Below, piece after piece: positions 1 through 11,809 of a stretch of DNA of 64,000 bases; the first letter of the stretch is position 1; each line of letters begins with the position of its first letter. A program made the position numbers and the translations under genes. The notes beneath the pieces are model-generated. The model made no database searches. It was given only the letters and a program-made list of their open reading frames with translations, and was not told the DNA's origin. The DNA is from Phoronis australis (lineage: Eukaryota > Animalia > Phoronida). The stretch spans positions 1,025,004-1,089,003 of the forward strand of contig NMRA01000031.1 in the NCBI GenBank assembly GCA_002633005.1, given 5' to 3'.

Positions 1-43
1 GGCCTAAAAGGGCTACAGGATCTTACGATATTAACGTTTCCAG

Positions 44-1421
44 ACGTCACAGAATCATGTTTGCGGCATTATTCACCGTGCTGTAGTTTGTGTTATGCCC
101 TACAGACGGAGTTAGCTACTCGTGGTATGTTTGCAGCAATGACTTTGTGAACTGATTTAGATGAAATACCATTTACTCTGCAGGTCGTCTGTCCTACGGA
201 TCATGCACTGATCCTAAACCACAGTCTGCCTCGCAAATTTTGGAGACCTCTGACACTGGCACCAAAGGCCGAGGTAACACACACATATGATTACTACGTA
301 CTGTTTATGATAATTATGAGATACGGTTGCATTTAGCAACTTCTTTATACACGACGATTCGCTTGTAGTTTGAACATGTTTCGTGATTTTTGTAGGGGAT
401 TTTAATTTTGTTAATAACGGCTGAGGCTTCTGGCCTAGAAGGGTTTGCTTTCAAAGGCTCAGTCGAGCCTCGTCCTCTGAAGGGCTTTAAAACCTAACGG
501 TCAAACAGGTCATGATATGTTACAATGTTTAGCGCGACTTCCTATGATGGATTTACGGTGACGTGCGGCAGGAGGTACAAAATTATTTATTTTGAACCCG
601 TGACCTTTTGATTGGCTGGTTACTGGCCTTGATTCGCAGATTCCCATGTTGACGTGTTGTTACCCCAAGGTTTACATTGGTTCCAGAGTATCATTATGCT
701 AATTAAGTTACAACTCAATCGGGGATTCGCTCAAATTTGGGGCCCTGGCTCAGTCGTAACCACAGGAACTCCTACAAGAGTAGAGTGAAAAAATGTGACG
801 ACGACCAAAGGAGACCAGATCAAATTAAGGGACCAATTCAAATTACCAGAGCCCCCTGCAAACTTTTTTAGGTTACTGCACCGAGAAACCTTGATACGGC
901 GCTGTTCACATCGAAAAAACGGCCTTGTGAAGTAAGCTCATAATGGTCTCTTTCGGAAATAAAGTACGAAAAAGTCATTAGCGATCGTCTTATATGCCTA
1001 GAGCGGAGCACACATGGAAAATGCAATGCGAATACGAAATAATTGTCTAAAGTTCTGTTCCGCTAAGAAGGAGGTCAAAGTGTCAAATTGTCGCCAAGGA
1101 TTTTTGGACGCAAAATCACGTCAGAAATAAGCGTTTCTGAAACATCCCCTGGGAACATTATCGGTAATCACCGGTAGGCCTATCTTAAAATTCCTTTCGG
1201 GAATTGGATTGACAGTTTATGTTTTACAACAATGCTTAATTAATCATTTGAGTCACTAAATGAAGCTGAAATTTTGGTATTTAATTTCAGGGGAGAAATG
1301 TGACGACAGCAGCGAGTGTTCAAACACCTATTACAGGCTTTGTTGTCAGACTGTAAGGTTCTTCAGAGCAGGCAGCTCGAGAATTTGTGACAAAGTCACT
1401 GGACTTTCAACATGCCTTTAA
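44..1421 (+). CDS. 3' exons of a prohormone-3 / ITG-like cysteine-rich secreted precursor (5' end outside window)
   Basis: Exons 44-124, 184-273 and 1291-1421 are GT-AG and all phase 1. The C-terminus KGRGEKCDDSSECSNTYYRLCCQTVRFFRAGSSRICDKVTGLSTCL* matches, from recall, the C-x-x-SSEC...LCCQ...R...C...C domain of invertebrate prohormone-3/ITG-like precursors. Confidence 0.65.
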
Positions 1422-1837
1422 GCAGCAAGCGATGGTGTCGACATTTCGTCTTACACATAAACTCCTCCAAGCTCGCAACTGATTTGACAGTGAAAAACGA
1501 GATAAATTTCCCGTGGCGTGTACATAAAAGTTACTGTATTTGGCCGCAAGGCTGGTTTATTTTACTGTTGCATATATACTCTACTATATGTGTGCGAACG
1601 AAACATTATTTTCATCTCCAAAATATACGTGAGTAAACCGGCGAACGCTGTGGCAATAACGAAAATCCAACCAGTTTTCTTTGCGACACAACAAGGAAAA
1701 TCGTTCGTAGTGAGCCTTTCACTAAAGATTGCGTTATGCTGTGTATAAACTCACAATTTTAAATTTAAAACCAAGAACTGGAAATAGATAAATGTAGTCG
1801 CCTCGGAATACCAGCTATGATTCCCTAAACCCCACGC

Positions 1838-2079
1838 CCGCACCAGCAGATACCAAACCCGCGGTACAAACCCTCAGACCCGTCCACATGAATTCCACAC
1901 ACGCACCGAAACTGATCCATACAGATTGACCAAAATCCAATTCCGGGAAGATTCTATGTGTGCGTCTCTGAAGCCATGCTGCGGTCAAAAGATGGGGCCC
2001 TAGATTATGGTCCCCGGGACTGGATTTTGGACACTTTGTATGGGATTTGTACCTCGGGTTTGATATTTGCTGGTTCGGA
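1838..2079. repeat. Imperfect inverted repeat
   Basis: Arm 1838-1950 (cgcaccagcagataccaaacccgcggtacaaacc...ccatacagattgaccaaaatccaattccggg) is the reverse complement of 2012-2079, apart from a ~45-nt indel. Confidence 0.75.
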
Positions 2080-3279
2080 ACGGTAACTGAAATTTGGAGA
2101 CGCCGTAACGGGATTGTTGACACTCCTTGAACTGTTTTTGTGGAATATTCCTGGTGTCCTGCTAAAACGCCACTCGCTAATCACTTTTCTGTTTTCGTTG
2201 AATTGGCTGTGTTGAGACATCATGTCACCATTTGTCATACGTTAAATTTAAAGCTGTATTATCTGGCTAAAAAGAGAAAAACGAATTAACCCTTTTACTT
2301 TCATAAAATCGGTCTCACCATATCCTGACAGGACACTATTTTCGTTACTTAAAAGACCATCACCGACTCAAGAAAACGTTGCTGCTTATTGTGGTCGGCC
2401 AACACTAAAGTTAGTATTCAAAAATGACACTTATAGGCATTGCCTATGACTTGATTTGCCGGCTCAATCGCTAAGTACTCAAGATCGGATGAGCGAGGTA
2501 ATGTTTTTAAAATCATTACTGAAGTGCTTCGGTTAAGAATTGGACTTAGGCGGGAAAACAGTGGCGAAATGCACCATTGAATATAGTTTTCGCTTAAATG
2601 CAGCATCGATATTTCTTGACTACGATTTAAACAGTCCAAGAAGCGTGCAATTTCAAATTTAATAAGACTTTGGTAGATTAAAAATGTTATGGAGGCCGAA
2701 AAGTAGTTGTGTTCAGAGTCGCCCTCACGAGTCTGGTGTTGAAAACCTTTCTCCTTTGCATCTAGCACTGACGTGTGGATGTTTGTCTTCTAATGTGTCA
2801 TGAAACGATGTTTGCGATTTAGGCCTACAATGCTAGCTCGACTTTTTCCTACACCGCGGCGACACTTTTGCATTGCACCTCGTATTTGCTTAACAAGTTG
2901 CACCTGTGTCCTAGGAGATCTACGCATCCTATTACGGTAGCTACGTGTAAGGCGTCTAATGCTCTCGGATGTGGTGTGGGCCACTACGAAACAAATGAAA
3001 ATTTTTCTTCTGATTTTGTAAGATGCGAATGTGTAAGTGCAGTCGCTAATATAGCATTCCAGTGAAGTTTAATAAAAAGAGCAATCGACTTTTATTGTTC
3101 TCATCAGTTTCTCATTGGCTCCAGGATAAGATCACGGGCTATCCTAATGTACGGGTACATTTGATTCGATGCCCATGACAGCCTTGCAAAGTGGCTCATA
3201 AGTGGGTGTTCGGACCGCCTGTACCACACTCTGGCGATCCGTGCCTGGGATACACGTCATTATAGTGCCACAAAACATT

Positions 3280-3490
3280 TAGTAGCGTGCAGATTGAGGT
3301 TTGGTGATGCCCGGCGCAAATACATGGACCTTAGTACTAAAAAAAATAAAGGTGAAACATAAAATAACAACTTTATTCGATTTCATTACTGATCAGTAAA
3401 AAATTTCAATAAGTTTATTCATAGTGATTGAATACCCCTGAGGATGCCCTGGGCCGTCCCCCCGTCCCCCTCCTCTTCTACACGCTACTG
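3280..3490. mobile_element. Degenerate MITE with (C)AGTAGCGTG / CACGCTACTG termini
   Basis: Terminal inverted repeats agtagcgtg (3281) and cacgctactg (3481-3490) with GC-rich subterminal blocks. TSD is not clear. Confidence 0.5.
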
Positions 3491-6400
3491 CACACATCGG
3501 TCACAGCAAACGTCACGGGAGAAGAAAGATGCAAATAACAGAAAGAACATGAATGTATACCTACGTTTGCTTCATCGTATTGTAGTTACCATGGACATGT
3601 TTAATTGTCTGTTGCAGTGTTACCACTAACATTTATTTTACCAACAAACTTGATTTTATCAACTTTATGTAAAAATGTATATTTTGTGAAACTGGTTGTA
3701 CGGATGCAAACAGGTGGTCCTCGTAAACGCGCGTTTCATGAGGCTTAGAGGTATTCCGGTAGGTCCGATGAATTAGCACTCCGCAAGCAGGAGGTACAAA
3801 ATGAATGTGTTTGGGGAGAATGCTTTGGCACCACTCTTGCCTTCGCTTTGAGGGGTTCGGCACATCTTTAACTCATATTTGTATCACGTTCAATTTTTTA
3901 TGTTTTCTGGGCATTTCGGTCTTTACCCGCTGAGAATCTGTAAAATAAAGAGGAGGTCACTGCGTTACGTCTTCCATTACAGCTGCCCAAACCGAGGCAC
4001 CGCCTGACAAAGATTTTGAATTTACATGGGTCACTGTAAAGGTACTAATCTAATTAATTAAACGATCGAACACCCTTTGAAAACGGGTGAATTTCGTGGC
4101 ATGATGTCAGTTTTATGTTTTCGTGGATTTTTTTTTTCGGTTTAATGGTTTACCTGCCTTCACGAATTTTGAGTTCCTCAAATTTCAACCATTTGATTAA
4201 CATATTTTTCTTTAATGTTTTATTTTGATGCCCCTCGATTTTGGACATGAAATAAGAAAGCAAATAGTATAACCAACATTTTTTTTTAATACAAAGTCTA
4301 CATTTGTGCTAATATACTTACTTATGTTTACAATGACGCCGCTGTAGAACAAGATGTCGTGTGCAATAACAACAAAAATCATCGTTTTCTTTCAAATCAA
4401 TAATAATATTACTCGAAATGAAAATAATACTCAAATAATGTGTATGCTTTGCGGGTATTTTTTGAAATTGTGCCGAACCTTCTTAAAGTGCCATTATCAA
4501 CCCCCGCGGAGGCGGTTAAAAATTTACTGCAACCAGGGAATCCACTGACCTGAATAAGAAAAGCTCAGGGCCTTATATGAAACAGGGGCCCCTGTTTCGT
4601 CGCTTTATGTGCCTCTCGAAAGTGGTGACAACTGCGAAGGGGGAGAATCAGTACAATAATTGTGAGTTTGACTACAGAATTTAAGTACTAGTGCCCCATG
4701 GGTTCCTTCAATGAAAAGTGACTCGAGACATAGATTTGGTCTTGCAATCCAAATAAATATTTCAGGAAAAAATTAAAACTCATTTTAGTAAATGAATAAA
4801 ATATCTGAAAATATACTCATGATTGTTACTTATTAAGAAAATTTATACAAATTACTTCCAGGCTATTATGTATTAATGATTACTGGACTAAACCTTTACT
4901 TGGCAATTGTGAAGTGACAACATTATTACGGCCCTGACAGTACGTTTCTGACATGAATATTCATTAAATACTGTTGGCAGGTTCATAATAAGGTCCGGTT
5001 TTAGGCAAATTAAACAAAACACAGTAAAACACATTCATAATTTGACAGTTTCGTTTACTGTTTGTCTGAAATTTAAGTACAAATACCAAAACAGCCATGA
5101 CAATTGATTGCCTACAGCACATTCTATATGCTGTTGAAGTACACTAGGCAATGGAAGATTTTTTTCTCTTATATATGGTTATGAAAAAAAAAAAATTTTT
5201 AATTTATTCCCTTATAAATGGCAATGAAGAAAATTTCATTACTATTTTTGATTCAGGACTTTTGGTTTCTTTGTCAAAAATGAATAATTGGCCAGAGTCT
5301 ACTGTAATGACGTGCCGGCCTTTGACAAAGGTACTGACTAGAACAACAACAGGCGCCTACCGCGGCATATTTTCGCAATAAAAGGGTAATGTCACAAATC
5401 GTACCGCTTTATCTACTTTGCTTGGAGTCAAACAAATGATGTTATTTACTCAGGCTCAGTATTTAATATGTCTAATGAATATATTAGTTTTGCTTACTAC
5501 TTAGTACTGAGATAAAAGTGATTTCTTCATGGTACTAATAAACAAAATGTTTGCCCAATACCATTTCCTAGTTTCATTCTGCAAATCATATGAGGACTAA
5601 AGTGTAATGCAACTGAATTATTAAAGCTGCTACAAACCAACATTCCAACAATAATAAACTAACTTTTTATTTACACCATTTTCCGCATCAAACCTCCTTT
5701 CAGTAAGTTTCTTTACCCAGGTGAGGATGTGTTTCTTGGCTTGGAAAGAATTCACCTACAAAAAACGACATGCTGTTTCAAACCAACTTGATAAGCTGAG
5801 GCTCGAGCTATAACGAGCTGTCACTTCTTCCTAATTCCAGAAATCACTTGTACTTTGACTAAGGAAAGGGCCGAGACAATAAATAGTCAAAATCAAAAGT
5901 TGGTTTATTTGACGGAAGACAGGATTTTAGCAGTTTTAAGAGCAATGACGTAATCAAACTAACAAAGAGAATGAACGTTCAGTGCCAAAGTTTAACCTGC
6001 ACAACATCAAATGCATTTCACTGCAGTAATTCTCAACAAACAAGATTTTCTGTATGACATGCAATAAATAGAAATATACTTGAAGTCATGGACACATTCA
6101 TTTTAATTGGTCAATTCCCGCCACCATTTGGATCAACAAAAGCAGATGATGCAGGTTGATAGACTCAACCTGAACCAAGTTACAGGAACACTTCAGGTAC
6201 TGTATCACTGTTTTGGAGTCGCATGTGGGCAAACAGTGATCGAGTATTATTGTTTACTTATATAAAAGCAAAATGCCAGTAAAATGTCAGACTTATATAC
6301 TTATTGAGCTGACTAGCTCGTCTTTTTTCCGAATCTCGCAGAACAGGACGACCGCGTTTCGCCTTCGACCGTACACTATAACAGTCTCCGCCATTTGTAT

Positions 6401-7820
6401 ATATGTTGACCTCTGTAGCTGCGCATGCGTTGTTGTAATATATTTTGTATTTTATTGACTACCCTTTTTATTCGTTGTAAACATTTCATTCGTTCGTAGT
6501 ATTAAAAACATTTTTGGCAATTTTTGCACGCGTTCCAAGTTAATAACTTTTTGAACTTTATGTCATACCAAAAACGGCTAAAACGAGGTTAAGAGTTTTT
6601 TTGTAAAAAAACTCTGACAGTAAGCCTTTAATGGAGATTTTGGAAAAAGCGCCCCTGAAAGAGCGTTAATGCTCTTTCGGAATTTTTCAGAAAACGCGTC
6701 CATGAGGGTTTATGTCTATACAAACTACTCTTTTTGTTATTCGTCATTTTTCCAAAGGAGGGTCAGCAAACGAAATTTTAAAAAGCTAAAAGTATTGCGA
6801 TCTTATTTTTGTACCATTTTAAGTTTATGAAGGACGTTTTAGCCCGTGAATTCAGCCTAAAATCTACAAAATTATAAAACTTAACTCAAGAAAAGTAGAT
6901 ATTTCCTGGAAACATAAAAGTCTGTAGAATTTCATTTTTGACTTTATTGTTGCTGATGATTGAGTCAGGTGACTGTGACTGTTCGTGAAATTTAGTAAAA
7001 AAGAAAGGTACAGTCACAGAAAAACAACGGTATCAATTACATGATCAAATTTCTGCTTTGTCTGCAACTTATTTTTTAAATTCGGCAAACTAAAGCGGTA
7101 AAAATCGTCAGTAAAAAAACGAAAAACCACATGCCAACTACATTGTCATGCTTTAGTCACAAAAATTTCGACTGTTTTTATCCCTAACATTCCACCATAG
7201 GCCCATTTCACAAAAACTCCAAAAACTAGATCCCACTGTCGTAGACCGTTCTAATGCTGAAATAACTGTCTCGGTTCTTCCAAAACATGGAAGAGTTGTC
7301 GGACTATTTTTCTCTGGTGTCCGCCATGCAAACAGTTCACTCCCGCTTTGTTGGATCTCTACAACTTCACGAAAAGGAAGAAATAGGGCACTGATTTCGA
7401 GATAATCTTTGTTAGCTCTGATGTTGACGGCGCCTCTTTCGATTGATACTTCTCCAAGATGCCTTGGCTGGCTCTGAAATACTCCGAGAAGAACAAAGAA
7501 GTATGTGCACGTCGTTTCATCTTAATAAGTCATATCGCCATCTTCTGATATTGATAAACAGTTCAGTTTACTTAAAGGGGCATTACTGGCGAGAAAAGTG
7601 ATTTTCTAAGATTAACCTCTGCGCGAAATCTGCAATCTAAGGCTCTGCTGGAGGAGCTCAATTCTCCGCGAAAAAATGGCACAGAATTTTAGTGACTGGG
7701 TTGATTGCGGCAAATGTCTTGCAGGTCCAGATCGCGTCATATAAATAGTGTTAGACGCAACATCACTAAAGACACGTATAGGAAGACAAATAGAAGGGAT
7801 GAACAGAAGACAGTCGAGAT

Positions 7821-8428
7821 CAAGGAGGGATTAAAAAATTGGCCGGACTTTAAAACTACCTACCCGGACGTCAAAATCAGCTGTCCGGACTGCAAAACTC
7901 AATGGTCGGTGTTCTAAGTTGGTGGTCGGACCTCAAAACCAGATGGCCTCACCCAAAAACTGGTCCAGTAGCCGGACCTTAAAACGGGTCGGCCGGTACT
8001 GAAACACATTGGCCGAACAAATCGCCGATATCATTTGAATCTTTCAAGACATTCAAAGCTAATCTGGCGGTCATGTTTGATCACCGGCCAACTGGTTATA
8101 GCACCGGCCATCGTGTTTTGAGTCCAGCCAACTAGTTTTGGGTCAGACCATCTCGTTTAAAAGTTCGGACAACATGTTTGATCACCGGATATGTGGTTTT
8201 GAAGTCCTGGCAAGTGGTTTATAATAATATTAAACTTTATTTAAATACAATTTTATACAATTTTAAACATGCTTTAGCCAAAGGCTAATATACAGCATGG
8301 ACCTCTTGCACCAATAATTTAAATTAAATTAAATTACATTAAATCAAGTTAAATTAAATAGATATTTACAAATTAAATTTATAAAATGAATTAAAATTGA
8401 ATTCCGGCCAATTGTTGATTCCCCCTTG
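7821..8428. mobile_element. Foldback MITE with internal ~21-bp repeats and AGAT 4-bp TSD
   Basis: TIRs caaggagggattaaaaaattggccgga / tccggccaattgttgattcccccttg, flanked by AGAT at 7817-7820 and 8429-8432. Internal ccggac...aaaac repeats switch orientation near the centre. Confidence 0.8.
8221..8398 (-). mobile_element. Probable 3' end of a non-LTR retrotransposon nested in the MITE
   Basis: The minus strand has a stem-loop (catgctgtatattagcctttggctaaagcatg), then AATAAA and a (TAT)n tail. It interrupts the right arm of the foldback element. Confidence 0.45.
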
Positions 8429-11400
8429 AGATAAGACGTTTAAAACGAGCGTTAACAAAGGCGTTCGACGAGCAGATTAGCATAATGAAGACGTCCCACA
8501 AAAAAGCTTTCCCTGAGTCTTTTTACTCTTGCAAAACTCAGTCGTGTTAATTTTTCCCTACTTAGATGACAAGATGCTTGGAAAGAATGTCATTAAGTTT
8601 TTTGAGACCACGCTCGGCGCGTAAAGCGACACGCTGTGACAAGTCAATTTGTTGACTGCTGTTCTCAAGCGATAATTGATTCTCAGTTCTTTTCAAGGCG
8701 CGACACCTCTGTAAATGAATAAGTTGAAACAAAGTGGTCCAAATCAAAGGTTAGTTATTGATTAAATTTGGGTTTATAGCTTTTTAATGTGAGTGAGTGT
8801 GGTTGATTTATGCGAAGGAGACACTTGACTTCGAATGTTTCACTTTCCAGGCAGAATTGACTGCTCGATTCAACATACCGGGATTACCAACATTGCTTTT
8901 TCTCGATGGTGCCACTGGTCACGTGATGTGCTCAGAGGCGAGATCGAAAGTTTACACAGCGCCACCTAACTTTCGTTTAGCACTGTGATAGAGTGTAATC
9001 GAAAGTTATGAATGAGGACGAATGGAACGAGACAGTTTTCCAACTTTTTGGTGACTCCTCAGTTGATGGGATTAAAATTGGCAATGGTGAGACTTCATGG
9101 CGCTCGAGATCGTCTAAACTTCTTCCATAATTAAGGCGTTGCAGTGACGATTTGAAATCAAAGCGGCTCAGTATGAAGTCGCGTTCCGCCCAAGATTTAC
9201 ACCACTGGGTGCCGCTATAAAACTGATCTGAGCTTCTTTCTTAATTAAAACTCAGATGAGAAGTGATGTCTGGTTGTACAAAGACCTGTCAGTTGTTCCT
9301 TTGCTCATGCAGTGGTTGCATACAATGGCACGGCATGTGAAGCCAAACTGCAAACACCCATTTTGGATAAAGTGAATTCATACTGATCTGGATAATGATA
9401 AACGATTGTCCGTATGATAAATGACTGTCGGTATCATGATATCGGTCTAATCATCATTCAGAGCATCATTCAAGGAAAACGTCTTTCGATAAGTTATTAT
9501 TGATCAGTGATTGTAAGTCGCATACTGTAAATTGTCAAGACTGATGGTGAACCTTACATCAAAAGTGAAAAATGATTCCAAACTTTAATATAAATTCTTA
9601 TCAACCGTTTATATCATATACAATTCATATGAATTCATAGCAATAATTGATAGAATCCATATCAAATCATTTATGATTGTTATCCGATCTTCTGTGTACA
9701 TCCGGGTATCACTGAACAAATAACGGCCAGAACTGTCATAACTTTCGAAACCTGAAATCTTATCTTAGAAAAATTAACGATAAGTGGTCCATATCAAAAG
9801 TTGTTTTCCGTGATGGAAGGCGGGTTTGGCCGCTTTAAGCTAACTGTTGTAGGCCTAATCATGTCCTTTTCTGTAGTTGGCAATTTCGAAATCATAGTTA
9901 TGAAACGATTCGCGGCTCGAATTTAAGTTGTTACGGTCAGAGCATGGTCTGTCAAGCATAGTTGGGCAAATCTCGTAATATCACGGAAACATTAAAACAA
10001 GATCGATGATAAGCAAGAGACTAAAGGGTCTTATCGTAACGACAATCTTTGTGAGAATGTGTATTCTAGTCACCAGGTGGCGAGATCGTCTCGTCCACGA
10101 GTTAGCTCATCTGGAAATACAAAAAAAAAACAGAGAAATTGACTTTTCGTAAGCTCGTTTAAAAGTAGTTCAGTAGACAATTTTCGAGAAAGGGAATCCG
10201 AAAAAGTGAAGCCCACTCATCAAAATCATACACAATCGCTTGATGTTGCTTTTGATACCCGATACCATAAAAGTTAATGTCATGCTTTTTCGTCCGAAAA
10301 TGCTTATGCGGAGAAACTTTCACCTAGATATCAGTAAACTCATGGCTTGCGAAGTGAATGGAATGTAGGAAGCTTCTTTGTCGTTAGGAACCTCCACTGT
10401 CCTAATTACAAATAGGTCACTTGTCTAATAACTCTAGTTATTTTAAAATGATTTGAACCAGTTATAATTATTGATGTTTTCAAAGATACGCAGGTGAGGG
10501 AGTGACTTTTAAACTCTTTTGAAAGTGTCTGTAAAACAAGAGTATGCCTTGCGGTTTTAGGGCTTTTGAAAACATCGCCTGACTATTGTGCCTGCCTTTG
10601 TAAGATAAAATTTGGTCAATTTATTGACCATGTCTGCAGATTGTCCAGTGAGGCTAGGAACTGCATAATGCCTCGGTACTCACTGTAATGGATCAAAGTT
10701 GGAACAACTGATTGTGTGGATTCATGGAAAGACTTCGTATGCTAGCTGATGCATATCTTACGATGTCAGTTGGACGTAAGGAGAAACATTCATGGGAATG
10801 TGGTTACATGTTTGTGAATTAGAAAGATGCATTGACCAAAGGCTCACGACTGGTCATAATAGAAATACACGAACATTTGTATTCGCCATCTCTTTTATAC
10901 AACTAAAACTTCTCTATACAGTGCACTGGTGAAACACCGCAGAGGGCGTTGTCACTACACCAAGACAACTAACTTAACTATCTCGAAAACCAGAAAAACG
11001 AGTAAGATCCGATCAATTGTTGAACATTCTGAGAGCGAAACCCAGTGGACCAGTCTTGCATTCGAGACAGCATCCTTTACTAGTGGAATGAGGTCGCCAC
11101 ACAAATATTCCCTTATGAAAATAGGTTGTGTGAGTTATGTGCAGAGGACGAATACCACGTTGTGTTAGTTTGCAGTGCGTAACAAGACCTTCGGGTTAAG
11201 TATTTAAGTGATAGTTTTTGTCATTCTCCCACGACATCTAAATTTGAATCTCTCGTGAGAACTCCGCACATCCTACTTTTAAAATTCGTCCATCATGCTC
11301 TCAAGCGTCACTTAATTTATTATACAGTTTGTAACGCACCTGACTGAATGTTCTGTCTTGTACATGTTATATACTTTGGGCCTATGGCCATATGTTTATA

Positions 11401-11809
11401 TTTCAATAAATTACTGTAGAGTTTGTTTATCAAGATGCCAGGAAAGGCTCGGACTTGTCGAAGGTAGTACATAATACCTTAAGAACGAGGTTGATGATGA
11501 GACGGTGTCTTCAGAACAATATGCCAAGAGACTCGTTCATGCACGATATTTGCCTTTAGGTGGAAAGATTCTGGCAGGCGGTGCACGAGTTGTCTGACAT
11601 AATGCGACCTAACATCATGTAGCGCTAAGTCTTCATGAACGTAACTCTGTCAGAGATATCTTATGTTTGAACGAAGTATACCGATGAACCGCACTGGAGG
11701 GGAACAGGTTTCTTGAGCAAAGAATTACGAATCACCGTTTGGCGCGCAACTCGTGAAAATGCGAGTTCTATGTGTATACTAGAACCGGTTATTTTTACTG
11801 CAGTCATCT

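Larger units (their letters stand above)
7201..9130 (+). pseudogene. Nucleoredoxin-like (WCPPC thioredoxin) pseudogene
   Basis: Exon 7201-7500 reads VVGLFFS/WCPPCKQFTPALLDLY...K*GTDFEIIFVSSDVDGASFD*YFSKMPWLALKY. Phase-0 GT-AG intron 7501-8850. Exon from 8851 reads AELTARFNIPGLPTLLFLDG...EARSKV. Lesions: frameshift at ~7313, TAG at 7384, TGA at 7444, 55-bp insertion at 8953. Confidence 0.9.

Noticed and set aside
5721-5810. Fibrinogen-domain-like GEDVFLGLERIHL
   Set aside because: Too short, and no other fibrinogen motifs follow in any frame.
7444-7446. Selenocysteine or readthrough TGA in the nucleoredoxin-like exon
   Set aside because: The TGA is not at the redox site and co-occurs with a TAG, a frameshift and an insertion.
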